Shown: positions 47,548 to 59,089 of the stretch, one piece after another
Numbering within the stretch: position 1 is the first letter of the stretch
Layout: the number at the start of each line of letters is the position of its first letter
From: Zygnema circumcarinatum SAG 698-1b
Taxonomy: Eukaryota > Plantae > Zygnematophyceae
Assembly: GCA_037447605.1 (NCBI GenBank)
Contig: CM074818.1
Location: 1,686,617 to 1,750,616 of the forward strand
Length of the DNA stretch: 64,000 bases
Direction of reading: 5' to 3'
Made by a program: the position numbers and the translations under genes
The notes under the pieces: generated by a model
What the model was told of the DNA's origin: nothing
Database searches by the model: none
The model's input: the letters and a program-made list of their open reading frames with translations, nothing else

Positions 47548-48523
47548 ATGGCTTTCTTTAAGACTCTTATCAAGACAACGACCACGGAGGTTGCTGCTGT
47601 TGTACCAACCGAAGCAGCACTTAAAGATGTCGCCCCTGCTTCTATTGTCGCAGACCTTGCGGCTACTTCTAGCACTTCCTTGACAGGTGAGAAAATACTC
47701 CGCGGCATACTACTGCTGCTGTCAATGAGCACTGAGCTTGCTTTTGGCGCTCATTATGTTTTGCTTCTTCTATATAAAGGAGACCCTTCTAGGGGCCAAG
47801 GATGAGGCCATGGCTGTCGGAAGGCTTGTATCTCGCGGTGCAGGAAGTGTGAGTAGAAGGCTTGAGGTGTTTGATGCCATGGAGTTAGTGCTGAAGGTGA
47901 AGGCGAGGCTGTGCGCCAAGGATCACGCACGCAAATTTGGAGTTCTGCAGATCTATCTCGTTAACAATGTTTTTCCTCCACATTCAACGAAAGCATCATG
48001 TAGTCACTGATCGCAGCCCTCTGCCGTCGGTCTTGATCCAAATCAGAGGGATCTTTCTTCTTCTGATCCAAATTCAGTCTGATGGTTCATATTGTCTGGG
48101 AATGTGGTTGGGACTACTTACAGACATGCAGAAATCAGTAACCACAGATATCACAGAAGTTTCAGCATCCCTTGAATCCAGCGTCACGGATAAAATTGCT
48201 GAGCTTGAGGTAAGAGGGACCTTCGATTGATGAATGAGAATGATTTCATAAATTGTGGAGGCCAATGCTGGCCGTTGGAGCTGATGACGTCAAACATTCA
48301 TACTTTCAAACATGAACATTTTCAAGCATTGATATTTTCAGACATTGATGGTTTCAGAGCCCTTTGGTCATTGCAGAAGAAGGTGGACACGCTTGAGGAT
48401 GCTTATGATCCATCGAAAAATTTCTTCTTTAAGTTGATGACCTGCTGTGGAGGGCCCTTTGCTTCTATGTTTCCTGCTAAGCTACCACCGGTGCCAAAAG
48501 CGGAGGAGGTCGTTGTTGCCTGA
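47548..48523 (+). CDS. Hypothetical small spliced protein, no family recognised
   Basis: ATG 47548 after an acceptor. Exons 47548-47686, 47793-~47848, ~48077/48131-48208 and 48375-48523, with strong GTGAGA/GTGAGT/GTAAGA donors and matching phases. Ends KKVDTLEDAYDPSKNFFFKLMTCCGGPFASMFPAKLPPVPKAEEVVVA*. Confidence 0.55.
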
Positions 48524-49856
48524 GATTGACTGACTACGGAGGAGTGAAATAGCCGCGGAGAGAGAGAGAGAGAGAGAGAGATTGCTCTCTCCTACCACTT
48601 TCCGCGGAATGCAGGTCATGAGGACGCTCTCGTTTTCCACTAGAATTCCATAAGGCATTTGCTCCCTATTTCTGCTCAGTCATTATTCCTTGTCGCCAGA
48701 CAAATAATGGATTGATGTATACAGCATATAGATTATATCCTCTACTATTTATTAGAAACTCACGTACCTAAATGTGTTCTGTATGTGGCGTCTTTACCCG
48801 GATGTGTAATCAAGAGTAGTATTCTTGCATGCAGCTTAAATAAGTGAAGTTGCAGATATGTTACGGTTTAAGAAACAATATCAGGTATACGACTTGTAAT
48901 GAAAGTCTGAGGTCATAACTTTACAGGAGCTGGTAGTTGGAGTTTTCTTATTGGCTAGTTACAAAACCTAAACCCTAATTTGATAGGTGTCATGGGCCCT
49001 GACGTGAATCCTGAGCTTCCGCCTTTGGCGGGTGATCAGCTGCAGGGTGGAATCAGGATCAAAAACTATCTGGAGTAAATGTTAACCTTTTTGGATTTAT
49101 GAATTAAAAAGCGGAGGTTTGTTTGAAGGAAAGAAAAGTAAGCAAAGTATCCCTTTCCTTTCCCTCTCCCTCTCCCTATCCCTCTCCGTCTCCGTCTCCG
49201 TCGTCCTGCCCCTCCTCTCCCTCTCCCTCCTACCACTCTCTCCCTCCCCATCATGTACCTCCTCTCCCTCTTCTTATCCCTCTCCCTCTCCCTCTTCTCC
49301 CTCCTCTCCCTCTAGCTCTCTATCTCCCTCTACCTCCCCTCCCTCTCGCTCTCCCTCTCTCTCCTCGCCCTCTCCCTCCCTCTCGCTCTCCCTCTCTCTC
49401 CTCTCCCTCTCCCTCCTATCCCTCCCTCTTCTCCCTCCTCTCCCTCTCCTCTCCCTCTCCTTCCCCCTCCTCTCCCACACACTTCCCTTTCCCTTTGTCC
49501 TCTCCATCTGCCTCCTCCCTCTCCTTCCCCTTTTGAAGAAGCTTTGACATTTTCCCTGAGAAACGGTAATCGACCCAGTACCGCATATCCATTATATTGC
49601 GACGCATGCAGCCAGAGTCAATTTGTTCTAGCACCCTTAACTGTTTCCCTCATTCCCTAGAGCCAGCCTCCCTCCCTCCTTTTCTCCCCTCACTCTCTCC
49701 CCTCCCTCTCTCCCCTCCCTCTCTCCCTCCCTCCAGCGCAGCCCTCCAGCGCAGCCCTCCAGCCCAGCCCTCCAGCTTCCCTCTGTTCTTTCTCCGTCTC
49801 CAGTTCCATCGAAATGCCAATTGCTTAAATTCCGTGCTCCACGAATGATAAGTCGC

Positions 49857-50183
49857 CACGTGTCGTTGCCGCGCGCCGCCATTGGCCCCGACTTGAGCGC
49901 AAAAAGTATGTGCCATGTGGCAGTCATTCGTTGGTTTGTTCTCCAAGAGTCGGAACGAGGTGGCCTCCCATGGTGGGGTCCCATGGCGCGGTTTAGCGTT
50001 GTGCGCGACGCGGGTCTGACTTCCATGTGGTACACGTGACAGCCACGTGGTATGGTGAGTGACCGTGTCGTCCAATCGTGCATCGCCACGTGGCTGTTTA
50101 AGGAGACGAGCCCATGGATGCTTGTGCCACGTGGCTGACGGACAATCCTGGTCACAAAGCCACGTGGCCTGCGTGACCACGTG
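49857..50183. promoter_or_regulatory. Cluster of seven CACGTG (G-box) palindromes
   Basis: CACGTG at 49857, 50033, 50044, 50087, 50128, 50161 and 50178, mostly in a CCACGTGG context. Could equally be TE subterminal repeats. Confidence 0.5.
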
Positions 50184-50867
50184 GTGACATGTGGGAAGTG
50201 CTGATTGGAATCCGAGGCGCAATTTTTATGGGAGCAGGTGGAAACTGAACCCCAAATATCCTTAAAAACAGACAGTTGGGTTTTGCATTTTCTCAAACCG
50301 TTCCGTTCAGTTCAGTTACAGTTGGAACAAACCGGGAACTGCCATCCATAGAAGGCGCAAGGCTGGTGAAGAATGAGAGGTGGAAGTGGAATTGATCTCA
50401 CGATGGCGAATAATGAGGAAAAAAAAGAAAAAAAAAAAAGAAAGTATGCGCTCGATTGATTGATTGCATGTTAAAATTGATTGAAAACTCCAAACTTCAA
50501 AAAAAAATACAACATTAGCCCTCATTTGAAAATTTCCTTCAACCTGGTCCAAACTAACCGAAAAAAAACAAAACTTACACCTTGAAACTGCGAAACCAAA
50601 AGGCAACTATAAATTTTAGAAATAACTCAAAAAACCTGGTCACAAAATTTGGGGGGCAGATCCTTCTCCTCTTTCGTGGACCAACCCTTCGACCTAACGT
50701 TGACTCTAGAAACAAAAAGGGGTTCACACATTTGGGGGCGATTTTGCACCGAGTCGCTCAGACGAAGTGAACGAATTTAGGGAACAAAAGTTGAATAGTC
50801 CCTGCAAAGGAGATCAGGGATGGCCAGGACGTACGAGAATTGAGAGGATGGGTGCGTGTCTGCGAGA

Positions 50868-51235
50868 GGGAGGGAGAGGGAGAGGGAGGGAGAGGGAGAG
50901 GAGAGGGAGAGGGAGAGGGAGAGGGAGAGGGAGAGGGAGAGAGAGAGGGAGAGGGAGGGAGAGGGAGAGGGAGAGGGAGAGGGAGAGGGAGAGGGAGAGG
51001 GAGAGGGAGAGGGAGAGGGAGAGGGAGAGGGAGAGGGAGAGAGGGAGAGGGAGAGGAGAGGGAGGGAGAGGGAGAGGAAGAGGGAGAGGGAGAGGGAGAG
51101 GGAGAGGGAGAGGGAGAGGGAGAGGGAGAGGGAGAGGGAGAGGGAGAGAGGGAGAGGGAGAGGGAGAGGGAGAGGGAGAGGGAGAGGGAGAGGGAGAGGG
51201 AGAGGGAGAAGGAGAGGGAGAGGGAGAGGGAGAGA
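50868..51235. repeat. (GAGGGA)n polypurine array
   Basis: About 370 bp of near-perfect GAGGGA hexamers. Confidence 0.97.
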
Positions 51236-51327
51236 GGAACATTCACACGGGCAGAGCATGCAGCAGGGCAATTGTAGTCAACACCAAGGACGCTAATTTT
51301 CCAACTTACTAGCTCCTCACTTTCTCT

Positions 51328-51372
<45 letters not shown>

Positions 51373-51623
51373 TCCCCCACCATTACCTCTTTCGCTCTCC
51401 ACTTCTGTCGGCAAATCATCTCTCTCCATTCCCCTACCACCCCCTTCCGCCCGCACTGTCTCTCTCTCCGCCCTCTGCCCCTCCCACCGTCTCTCCACCT
51501 TCCCAAGCTTGACAATGCTCAAGCTCAACTAATGGCCAAGGCCAGAGTAAACGGCTCTTCGCACTGGGGTTCAGAGTCAACAAGTTGAGTTCAGGGTTAA
51601 GCTTTTCACATGATCCGAACAAG

Positions 51624-52590
51624 TTAGTCGGAATATCCGTCCTGTTCATCAGCTTCTCGGGATGCCTTATTCGCTCCAGTAATAGCTTTATAAAACAGAT
51701 ATGCCTGCATGAAGAGTCGACAAGTTGCATTACATTAGTATTCAGCGAGAGAGAGAAAGAGAAAGTGAGAGAGAGAGAGAGAGAGGGAGAGCGAGAAAGA
51801 AAGAGAGGGAGTATGTGTGTCGCACAGTCATTCGTCCTGTGATGATTCAAAAGCTAAAAATGTAAATTTTAAGGCTATACTTGCGAACAAGGACGACCTG
51901 GACAGAAGGAATACTTACTGAAAGTTGAGAGCGAACATTAACTGGACACATTAAAACCTTTTGAATGTACCAAGCAACCCTTCATGCATCCCTAAACCTA
52001 AAAAGAAACGACAAGGAAGAACGTGACAACATAATTGAAGAACATGAAGCAAGTACTGGACAAGGTAAAATGCTGCCGCTGTTGCTAGGCCTCCCCTCCC
52101 TCTCTCTCACTCTCTTTCTCCGTCTTTTTCTCTCTCTCTCCCTCTCTCTCCCTCTCTCTCTCTCTGTCTCCCCCCAATAACCACGGGTATGCTGGAATGC
52201 TTACCGCAGAGGGAAAGCCGGTGAAGGCAAAAAGGCCTAAAATGGGCAGCCAGAGGGGCGAGTCGGGCGGCACGATGCCGAAAATTGCGTTTCCATTAAA
52301 GTACTCGAAGATGGAGCCAACCTGCGCAGCGCTGAGCGCGCCGGCAGAGGCAGTAAGCTCTGGAGGGAGAGGGAGAGAGGGAGAGAGGAAGGGAGGGAGG
52401 GGGCGGCAGAGAGAGAGAGAGGAGAAAAGGGAGAAAGGGAGGGAAAGAGGGAGGGGAGGGCGAAGGGGGACAGGGAGGTGGGGAGGAAACGGGAAGAGAG
52501 GAAAGTGGGGAGAGAAGTGGAGAGTGGTCGAGAGAGGCGGATAGAGAAAGAGAGAGGGAGGGCCCCAGCGAGAGGGGCCTAGGGGGTTCG

Positions 52591-52635
<45 letters not shown>

Positions 52636-53069
52636 GAGAGAGAAGAACGAGAGAGAGCAAGAGTTGCAACGAGTCATACCGCAGCAATAGTAACGAGTGC
52701 GGAGGCCACCAAGTAGACAGGGAATGGAATCTCTGCGGGAACCCCCTCTCCCTCCCTCGCCTTCTCGCCCTTCGCCCATGGCGGCACCTCTTCACTGCCC
52801 GGCTTCGCCCACTCGGGCGTCCTCGCCTCGCTCTCCCGCTTCTCCGCCATGGCGAGAACCTCTCTTCCACCATGGCCGCTTTTCCTGCCCCTCCCTCCCT
52901 TCTCCTCAAAGCTTTCTATGGCGGAACGCTTGAACGCGCCTTCAAGAGATAGGGAGAAGAATGAGACTCCATGGCTGCGGGGTCGGAGAGAGGAGGATGG
53001 AGAAGAGGAGAGAGAGGATATATGACACGTGGCGATGGGAGAGACGAGACACGCTGAGAGAGTAGCCAT
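51624..53069 (-). CDS. Conserved small chloroplast-targeted membrane protein of unknown function (~195 aa, 3 exons)
   Basis: Exons 53069-52680, 52321-52205 and 51704-51624, all phase 0. Ser-rich transit-peptide-like N-terminus MATLSACLVSP..., then PEWAKPGSEEVPPWA, EIPFPVYLVASALVTIAAVGSIFEY, LGLFAFTGFP and ANKASREADEQDGY. Resembles a plant-conserved family I recall but cannot name. Confidence 0.85.
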
Positions 53070-54094
53070 GGCTGGAGGTGGCAAGCAGCTGAATAGGAAA
53101 CCCTAACCCTAAAACTGGGGAAGGCGTCTCCCTCCCCCTCCGCCTCCCCACAAACTGTCGTATCGAGACATATCGACCAAATATCGAAAATTCTCACCAT
53201 ATTGACTCGGTATACGTATTGGGATATATCGCTTGTCTTCAAAACAAAACAAAAAAAATGACGGCTATTGCACATTGTGGGATGAATCTTATCAAAATGT
53301 TTCTGAAAGTATTAAGAAACTGATAGACTTTGCCTTTGAATCTAACTTCACATGAACCCTAAACCCTTTAGAATCTGAAAGTTTCATTTAAAAACACACT
53401 CAGAACAGGGCCCAATTCTGAAATACGAGAGGCGGCCAAATGTTGTACCACACAGAAGGAATTCAAAGCAAAGGAGAGGGTCACATGGAACTGTCAGATT
53501 GAACTGAACAGAGAACTGAATAACCAAAAGTTAAACAACGAACGGCCGTTCTGTACAGCACAAAGCCTCGCAACCTAACATTGGCGTCGGATCATCTTCA
53601 ACATTTGTTTTTTTTTTTTTTTTCAAGTCCTAATTCCAAAAGTAGGTTTCCTTTCTAGAATACTTTTCCTGACTCTACATGCGTATAAAGTTTGGTCCCA
53701 AATTCGGCCCAAAATTATTACTTTCAAGTACCGCTTGTTGGCGGCCTTCTAGCAGGCGCTCTGTCAACTGAGAAGGAGAAAGAGAGAGGGGGGCGAGGGA
53801 GAGAGAGAGAGAGAGAGGGAGCGAGAGAGAGAGAGAAAGAGAGAGGGAAAGAGAAAGAGAGAGGGAGGGAGGAAGAGAGAGAGAGAGAAAGAGAGGGGGG
53901 ATTAGAGGGAGGGAGGGAGAGAGAGAGAGAAAGAGAAGGGGGGGGGAGGAGGACCGGGGGAGAAAGGAGATAGAGACTCCCTCAGCTAACCTATAACCCA
54001 AATGATAAAAAAAAATGACAGGCAAAAAAGGAGCGATGTACGATTTTTTTCCTTTGACAAGCCAATTTCCTCCCTCCCCTCCTCCCCTCTCCCT

Positions 54095-57000
54095 TCAGTC
54101 GAGCATTAGGACCCGGCCCTGCACTCCCGCCCTCTGCCGCACATGCAGAATTTGACGCAGCTCGTCTGCGATTGGCTGCATGGACCGGTCCTCCTCCAAA
54201 CTCATCAAGTACTCCTCTGCAGAGAGAGAGAGAACGCAGAGAGAGAAGAGAGAGAGAACACAAAATTAGATGTTGAAGGTTTTATCTCCCTCTCCCTCCC
54301 GCCGCACTCCATTACCCTCTCCCTTCCCTCTCGTCCTTCCCCCTCCCGTACTCCCTCTTTCCCTCCCTTCCTCCCTCCCTCCCTCCTTCCCTCCCTCTCT
54401 CCATCTACCTCTCACTCTCGCTTCCCCCCTTACAATTCCCACTCCCATTCTGCATGAACTGTCATCACAAACAAACAGTGCTCCTGCCAAAACAAGTGCA
54501 TTTGTTGTCCTTCCCGTTTCTTTCCCTCTCATTCGTCCCTTCCCCTCCTCCCTCCCTCCCTCCTCCCTCCCTCCCTCCCTCCCTCCTCCCTCCTCCCTCT
54601 CCCTCCCTCCCTCCCTCCCTCCCTCCCTCCTCCCTCCCTCCTCCCTCCCTCCTTCCCTCCCTCCTCCCTCTCCCTCCCTCCCATCCTCCCCGCTCCCCTC
54701 CCCTCCTCCCTCCCTCCCTCCCTCCCTCCCTCCCTCCCCTCCCCTCCTCCCTCCCTCTCCCTCCCTCCCTCCTCCCTCCTCCCCTCCCCCTCCCCTCCCT
54801 CCCTCCTCCCTCCTCCCTCCCTCCTCCCCCTCCCCCGTCCCACCTGTATCCGGCTGCCAACCGTTGGCCCTTGGCCCCTGGTAGCGGTTGACCCTCAGCG
54901 CCCCCGCCTCCAGCGCCACCGTCCTCCCTCCCCCCGCCATTTCGAAGTGCCGCGCGGCCGCCCCGCGGTGCACGCGCGCGGCGAGGGCGGGCCGTACGGC
55001 CGCGCGCATGCCCGCCGCGGGGAAGAGCCCCGCGCCCTGCGTCTGCCGCCGCCGCCGCTGGTACCGCTCCACGACAAGCGCCGGGAGGGGCCGCTGGAAC
55101 GGAACGGAACGGAAACGGAACGGAACGGAACGGAACGGAACGGGAACGGGAACGGGAACGGGAACGGGAACGGGAACGGGAACGGGAACGGGAACGGGAA
55201 CGGGAACGGGAACGGAAGGGGAATGGAAGGGAAGGGGGGCGCATAGGGTTGGAGTGAGGGCGTGGATGGTGGATGGGGGATTCTGAGGTGATGATGTGGA
55301 TGATGAAGGGGCGAGATGGAAGCGGGTGGGTGGGGGGGGAGGGGGGGAAGGGAGGAGAGAGGGGAGAGGGGACGAGAGGAGAGAGAGGGAGGAAAGGGAG
55401 AAGGGGAGAGGAGGGAGGGAAAGGAGAGGGAAAGGAAGGGGAAGAGGGAGAGAGGAGGAAGAGAAATGGGGGAGAAAGATACAGGAAAGGGAGAACGGAG
55501 GGGAAAGAGGCGCGAGAGAGAGAGTGGAGCATAAGGTAAAGAGAGAGATAGAGAGCGAGAGAGAGGAGCGCACCTGCGGGTAGCCCACGAAGAGCATGCT
55601 CTGCAGGAGGAGCTGCGAAACTTCCGGGAAGTCCTCCTCGTAGAGCCGCAGGTACCGCTCGAGGAAGCCGGGGGTGACGTCACGCGGGCGGAAGACGTAC
55701 TCGTCCACGTCAGCCACCAGCAGCCACCGCGTGCTCAGACCGTGCTCGTTCAGACAGTGCAGGGCCGCCTGGTAGGGTTTAGGGTTTAGGGTTAGGGTTA
55801 GGGTTAGGGTTAGGGGTAGGGTTAGTGTTAGGGGTAGGGGTAGGGGTAGGGTTAGGGGTAGGGTTAGGGGTAGGGTTAGGGTTACGGTGAGGGTAAGAGT
55901 TAGAAGAGTAGGGCTTAAGCTTTAGGGTTGTGAGTTACGGGTTTGTGGGATTGTAGGGTTTGTCGGGCTTAAGAGCTTTCAGGGATAGTAGGGCTCAAAC
56001 GGCTTAAGGTCTGTAGTGCTTCAGGGTTTGTGGGATTTGTCAGATTTTAAATGTTTGTGAATTTGTAGGATTTGCGGATTTGCTGTTTATGGAAGTTTGC
56101 GTTTTGGGGTTTTGTGGTCTGAGCTTTCAAAGTCAATGTTTTGCGGATTTGAGGGTTTAAGCGCACTAAACCATTGAATGAAATAACAATCAAAAAAATG
56201 TACCAGTGACGACTGTGTTCCCTCCCTCCCTCCCTCCCTCCCTCCCTCTCCCCCCAAACCATTGCAATTAGGGTTGAGGGCCCTATACCTGGTCCTGCTC
56301 GAAGTGCACCCCCGCGTCCAGGTTGCCCTCGTACAGCGAATGGAAGCGGTGGTACGTGAGGAAGCCCCGCGCCGCGTACGGCCGCAGCCCGCGCTCCTGA
56401 ACCCTCACTCAGCTGGTCGGCCCACAGACTATGGGGGAACACGGGGGCTCAAGAGGGTTGGTTGGTTTGGGCACAGAGGGAGGGGAGGAGGAAGAGTGGA
56501 GAGAGGGGAGAGAGGGGAGGAGGAAGAGTGGAGAGAGAGGAAAGGGGGAGAGGAGAAAGGAGAACGGAGAGAGGAGAGAGGAGAGGGAAAAAAGTGGATA
56601 GGGGACGAGGGGAGAGGGGAGAGGGGAGAGGAGAAAGGAGCCAGGGGAGGAAGAGTGGAGAGAGAGGAGTGGGAGAGGAGAATGGAGAAAGGAGAGAGGG
56701 GAGGAGGAAGTGTAGAGAGAGAGGAGAGACAGGGGAACAGAGAGAGAGACGAACGACGAAAGGAAAGGAGAGGAGGGAGCAGAGAAGAGAAGCAAGTGAG
56801 GAGCGGGGGGGAAGAGAGTGGGGAAGAGAGTGAGAACGAGGGAGGGAGAGAGGGGTGTGCACCTGGGACTCCTCAGCTGAATGTGCAGTATCATACCAAA
56901 ACACATGCGACACTCCCGCATACTTCATATACTCCAACCACTGCCCCCGTATAACCCGCCAAGACATTTCAATTCATAGAAAAAAAAAAACAAAACCATG

Positions 57001-58151
57001 TAAATTACAGTCCTATTCATGGCTGAATTTGACTAAACATCTCACAGAAAGAAGCGAAAAGCATGCATAAGAACTTTAGGGTTTACTCCAAGGAAGCTCT
57101 GAACTTAGGAGGTTTCTCTACACTAAGACAGTGTGCTGAAAGCGTTCAAAAGGAATTATTTTAAGAGTGAAAATGGGCACCTGGCGGAGCTCATATAATG
57201 TGATGTTGAATTTATCGTCTTTAAAGACGCGGTTCACAACCATGGCTGAGAGGTAGTAAATCTGCTCCTGCGGCTTCAGCTGCACCGCTTCGCCGACGCT
57301 GGAATGGCAGTGGGGGAGAGAGTGAGGGGGAGAGAGAGGGAGAGGGAGAGAGAGAGTGCAAGAGAGAGAGAGAATGGGGGAAAGAGAGAAGGGGAGGGTA
57401 GTGAGGGAAGGAGGAAGTAAAAGGAACGAGCGGAGACAAGGGAGGGAAGACAGAAGGAGGAGACAAGAGACCAGTCCAATACGAAAAGGAAACCATATTT
57501 TTCCTCGCCTTCTCTTTCGTGATATCCTTCTTTCTCTTCAGACATCTCTTCCGGTTACACTCGTCCCAGCCTCCCTCCACCCCCTCCCACTCCCTCCCTC
57601 CCTCCCCCTCCATCCCTCTCACCCTACCCTCCCTCCCTCTCACCTCCTCCCCTCCCTCCCTCCCTCCCTCTCTCCCGCCCTCCATCCCTCCCTCCCTCCC
57701 TCCCTCCCNNNNNNNNNNTCCCCTTCTCCCTCCCTCCCCCTCCCACCCACCTCGCCGGATCCTTGGTAGGGTCGTGCGTGCGCGGGTCCCAGGCGTCCAC
57801 CTCGAGCCCATAGCCCGGCCGCCACGTGGAGAGCAGCTCCCCCGCGCGCGATGGCAGGTAGCGGTCCGTCCCGCCCTCCTCCGCCGCGCGCTGCCACGTC
57901 CGCCGCCTCTCCGCCTCCGCCTCCGCCTCGTCCTCTCCGCCGCCGCGCCGCCGAAACAATGCGCTCGCGCGAGGCCCGCGGGAGGGAGAGGAGGAGGAGG
58001 AGGAGGAGGAGAGGAGGAGGAGGAGGAACAGCAGCAGGGAAAGACAGACGCCCAATGTAAGGGAGCCATGGCGGGAAAGCACGCGAAGGATGCGGAGAGG
58101 GGCGCGCGAGGGGCGCCGGGAGCGGGGGAGGAGGTGCGGGCGAGGAGCCAT
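54095..58151 (-). CDS. Type II membrane glycosyltransferase, GT92/DUF23-like (GT-A fold), 7 exons
   Basis: Exons 58151-57751, 57298-57181, 56940-56863, 56396-56289, 55768-55574, 55093-54844 and 54216-54095, phases consistent. N-terminal TM ([15 protein letters not shown]), WLEYMKYAGVSHVFWYD, QAALHCL and WLLVADVDEYVF (DxD) follow the GT92 / Glyco_tranf_2_4 pattern. Confidence 0.8.
55096..55216. repeat. Intronic (GGAAC)n grading into (GGGAAC)n, abutting a 3' splice site
   Basis: On the sense (minus) strand (GTTCCC)n then (GTTCC)n run directly into CAG at 55094-55096. Confidence 0.95.
55773..55900. repeat. Intronic telomere-like array (TTTAGGG, TTAGGG, TAGGGG) adjacent to a 3' splice site
   Basis: The sense strand reads (CCCTAA/CCCCTA)n...ACCCTAAACCCTAAACCCTACCAG|exon. 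Confidence 0.93.
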
Positions 58152-59089
58152 GGCGGGAGGGAGGGAGAGGGGGGTCAGGAGAGAGGAGTCATGGCGGCCG
58201 AGGGAGAGATAGGGAGCGGTGGAGGAGAGGGAGAGGAGGGACAAGGCAGGGAAGGAAAGGAGAGCCTACAGAGGCTGGAGGGAGAGGGAGAGGGAGAGGG
58301 GGATGGAGAGGGAGAGACGAGGGAGGGAGTACGAGAGGCAGAGGATGGGAGCGGGGGAAGGCAAATCCATGGCTTCTCGCCTTTTCAGAGACTCATAGTC
58401 AACTGTCCTCCAATAATGATACGCCACGTGTGCAAATGTTTACACGTGGCATTTCCCCATTTATAATAGTCGACGGCAGCTGACGAGAAAGCCCCCGGAA
58501 CGCGTGACGTCACAAGACACAGGTGACGGAAACGGCCGAGTTGTACACGCCGGGTTGTCCGTACATCATTTGGCGGTTGTCGGTTAGAGTGTGCTTGTAC
58601 GGTCATTTGGACGTTTCCGGGTTCCCGTCTCCAGATTCCAACGGCCGTACGGCCTGGATCGTACAATCACGGTCGTACGTCCCTCAGCCGTACAAAGACT
58701 TGTCGAACGTTCAGTACAGTACTGTACGAAAACAATGAATGTTTTGTACGAAAAAATGTCGGTACAGTGGGCACGGGTACGGAATTTGAGTCGGATTTCC
58801 GAAGGGTCAAAAGTCGGACTTGGGACGTTTTCCGTAGAAAACTGAGTTGGCAGTTTCTGGATTCTCGGTTTTTGGCGGGTTTCTGGAATTGTTGACGTCA
58901 TGCTGACGTTGGCAGCATCAGGCGTATCTGCGGGCATGCTGGCGTTCGCTGTGATCGCGACGGTTGCCGTACTGTTCAGTTTACCGTTTACGGCTCAAAC
59001 TGCTACGTCACATGCAGGTCATGTGACGTGTCCGTATGTAAGGATTGCATGGAAGCTCTCTCATCGCGACACGTGTCCTTGCAAGAGCT

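Noticed and set aside
54266-55717. 483-aa ORF and other long ORFs of poly-RE, SL, PS, GL, VR or HPSI peptides (e.g. 7588-8280, 20748-21432, 50758-51528, 57519-58466)
   Set aside because: These are stop-free microsatellite tracts read through introns or antisense. Only the segments matching spliced exons are credible.
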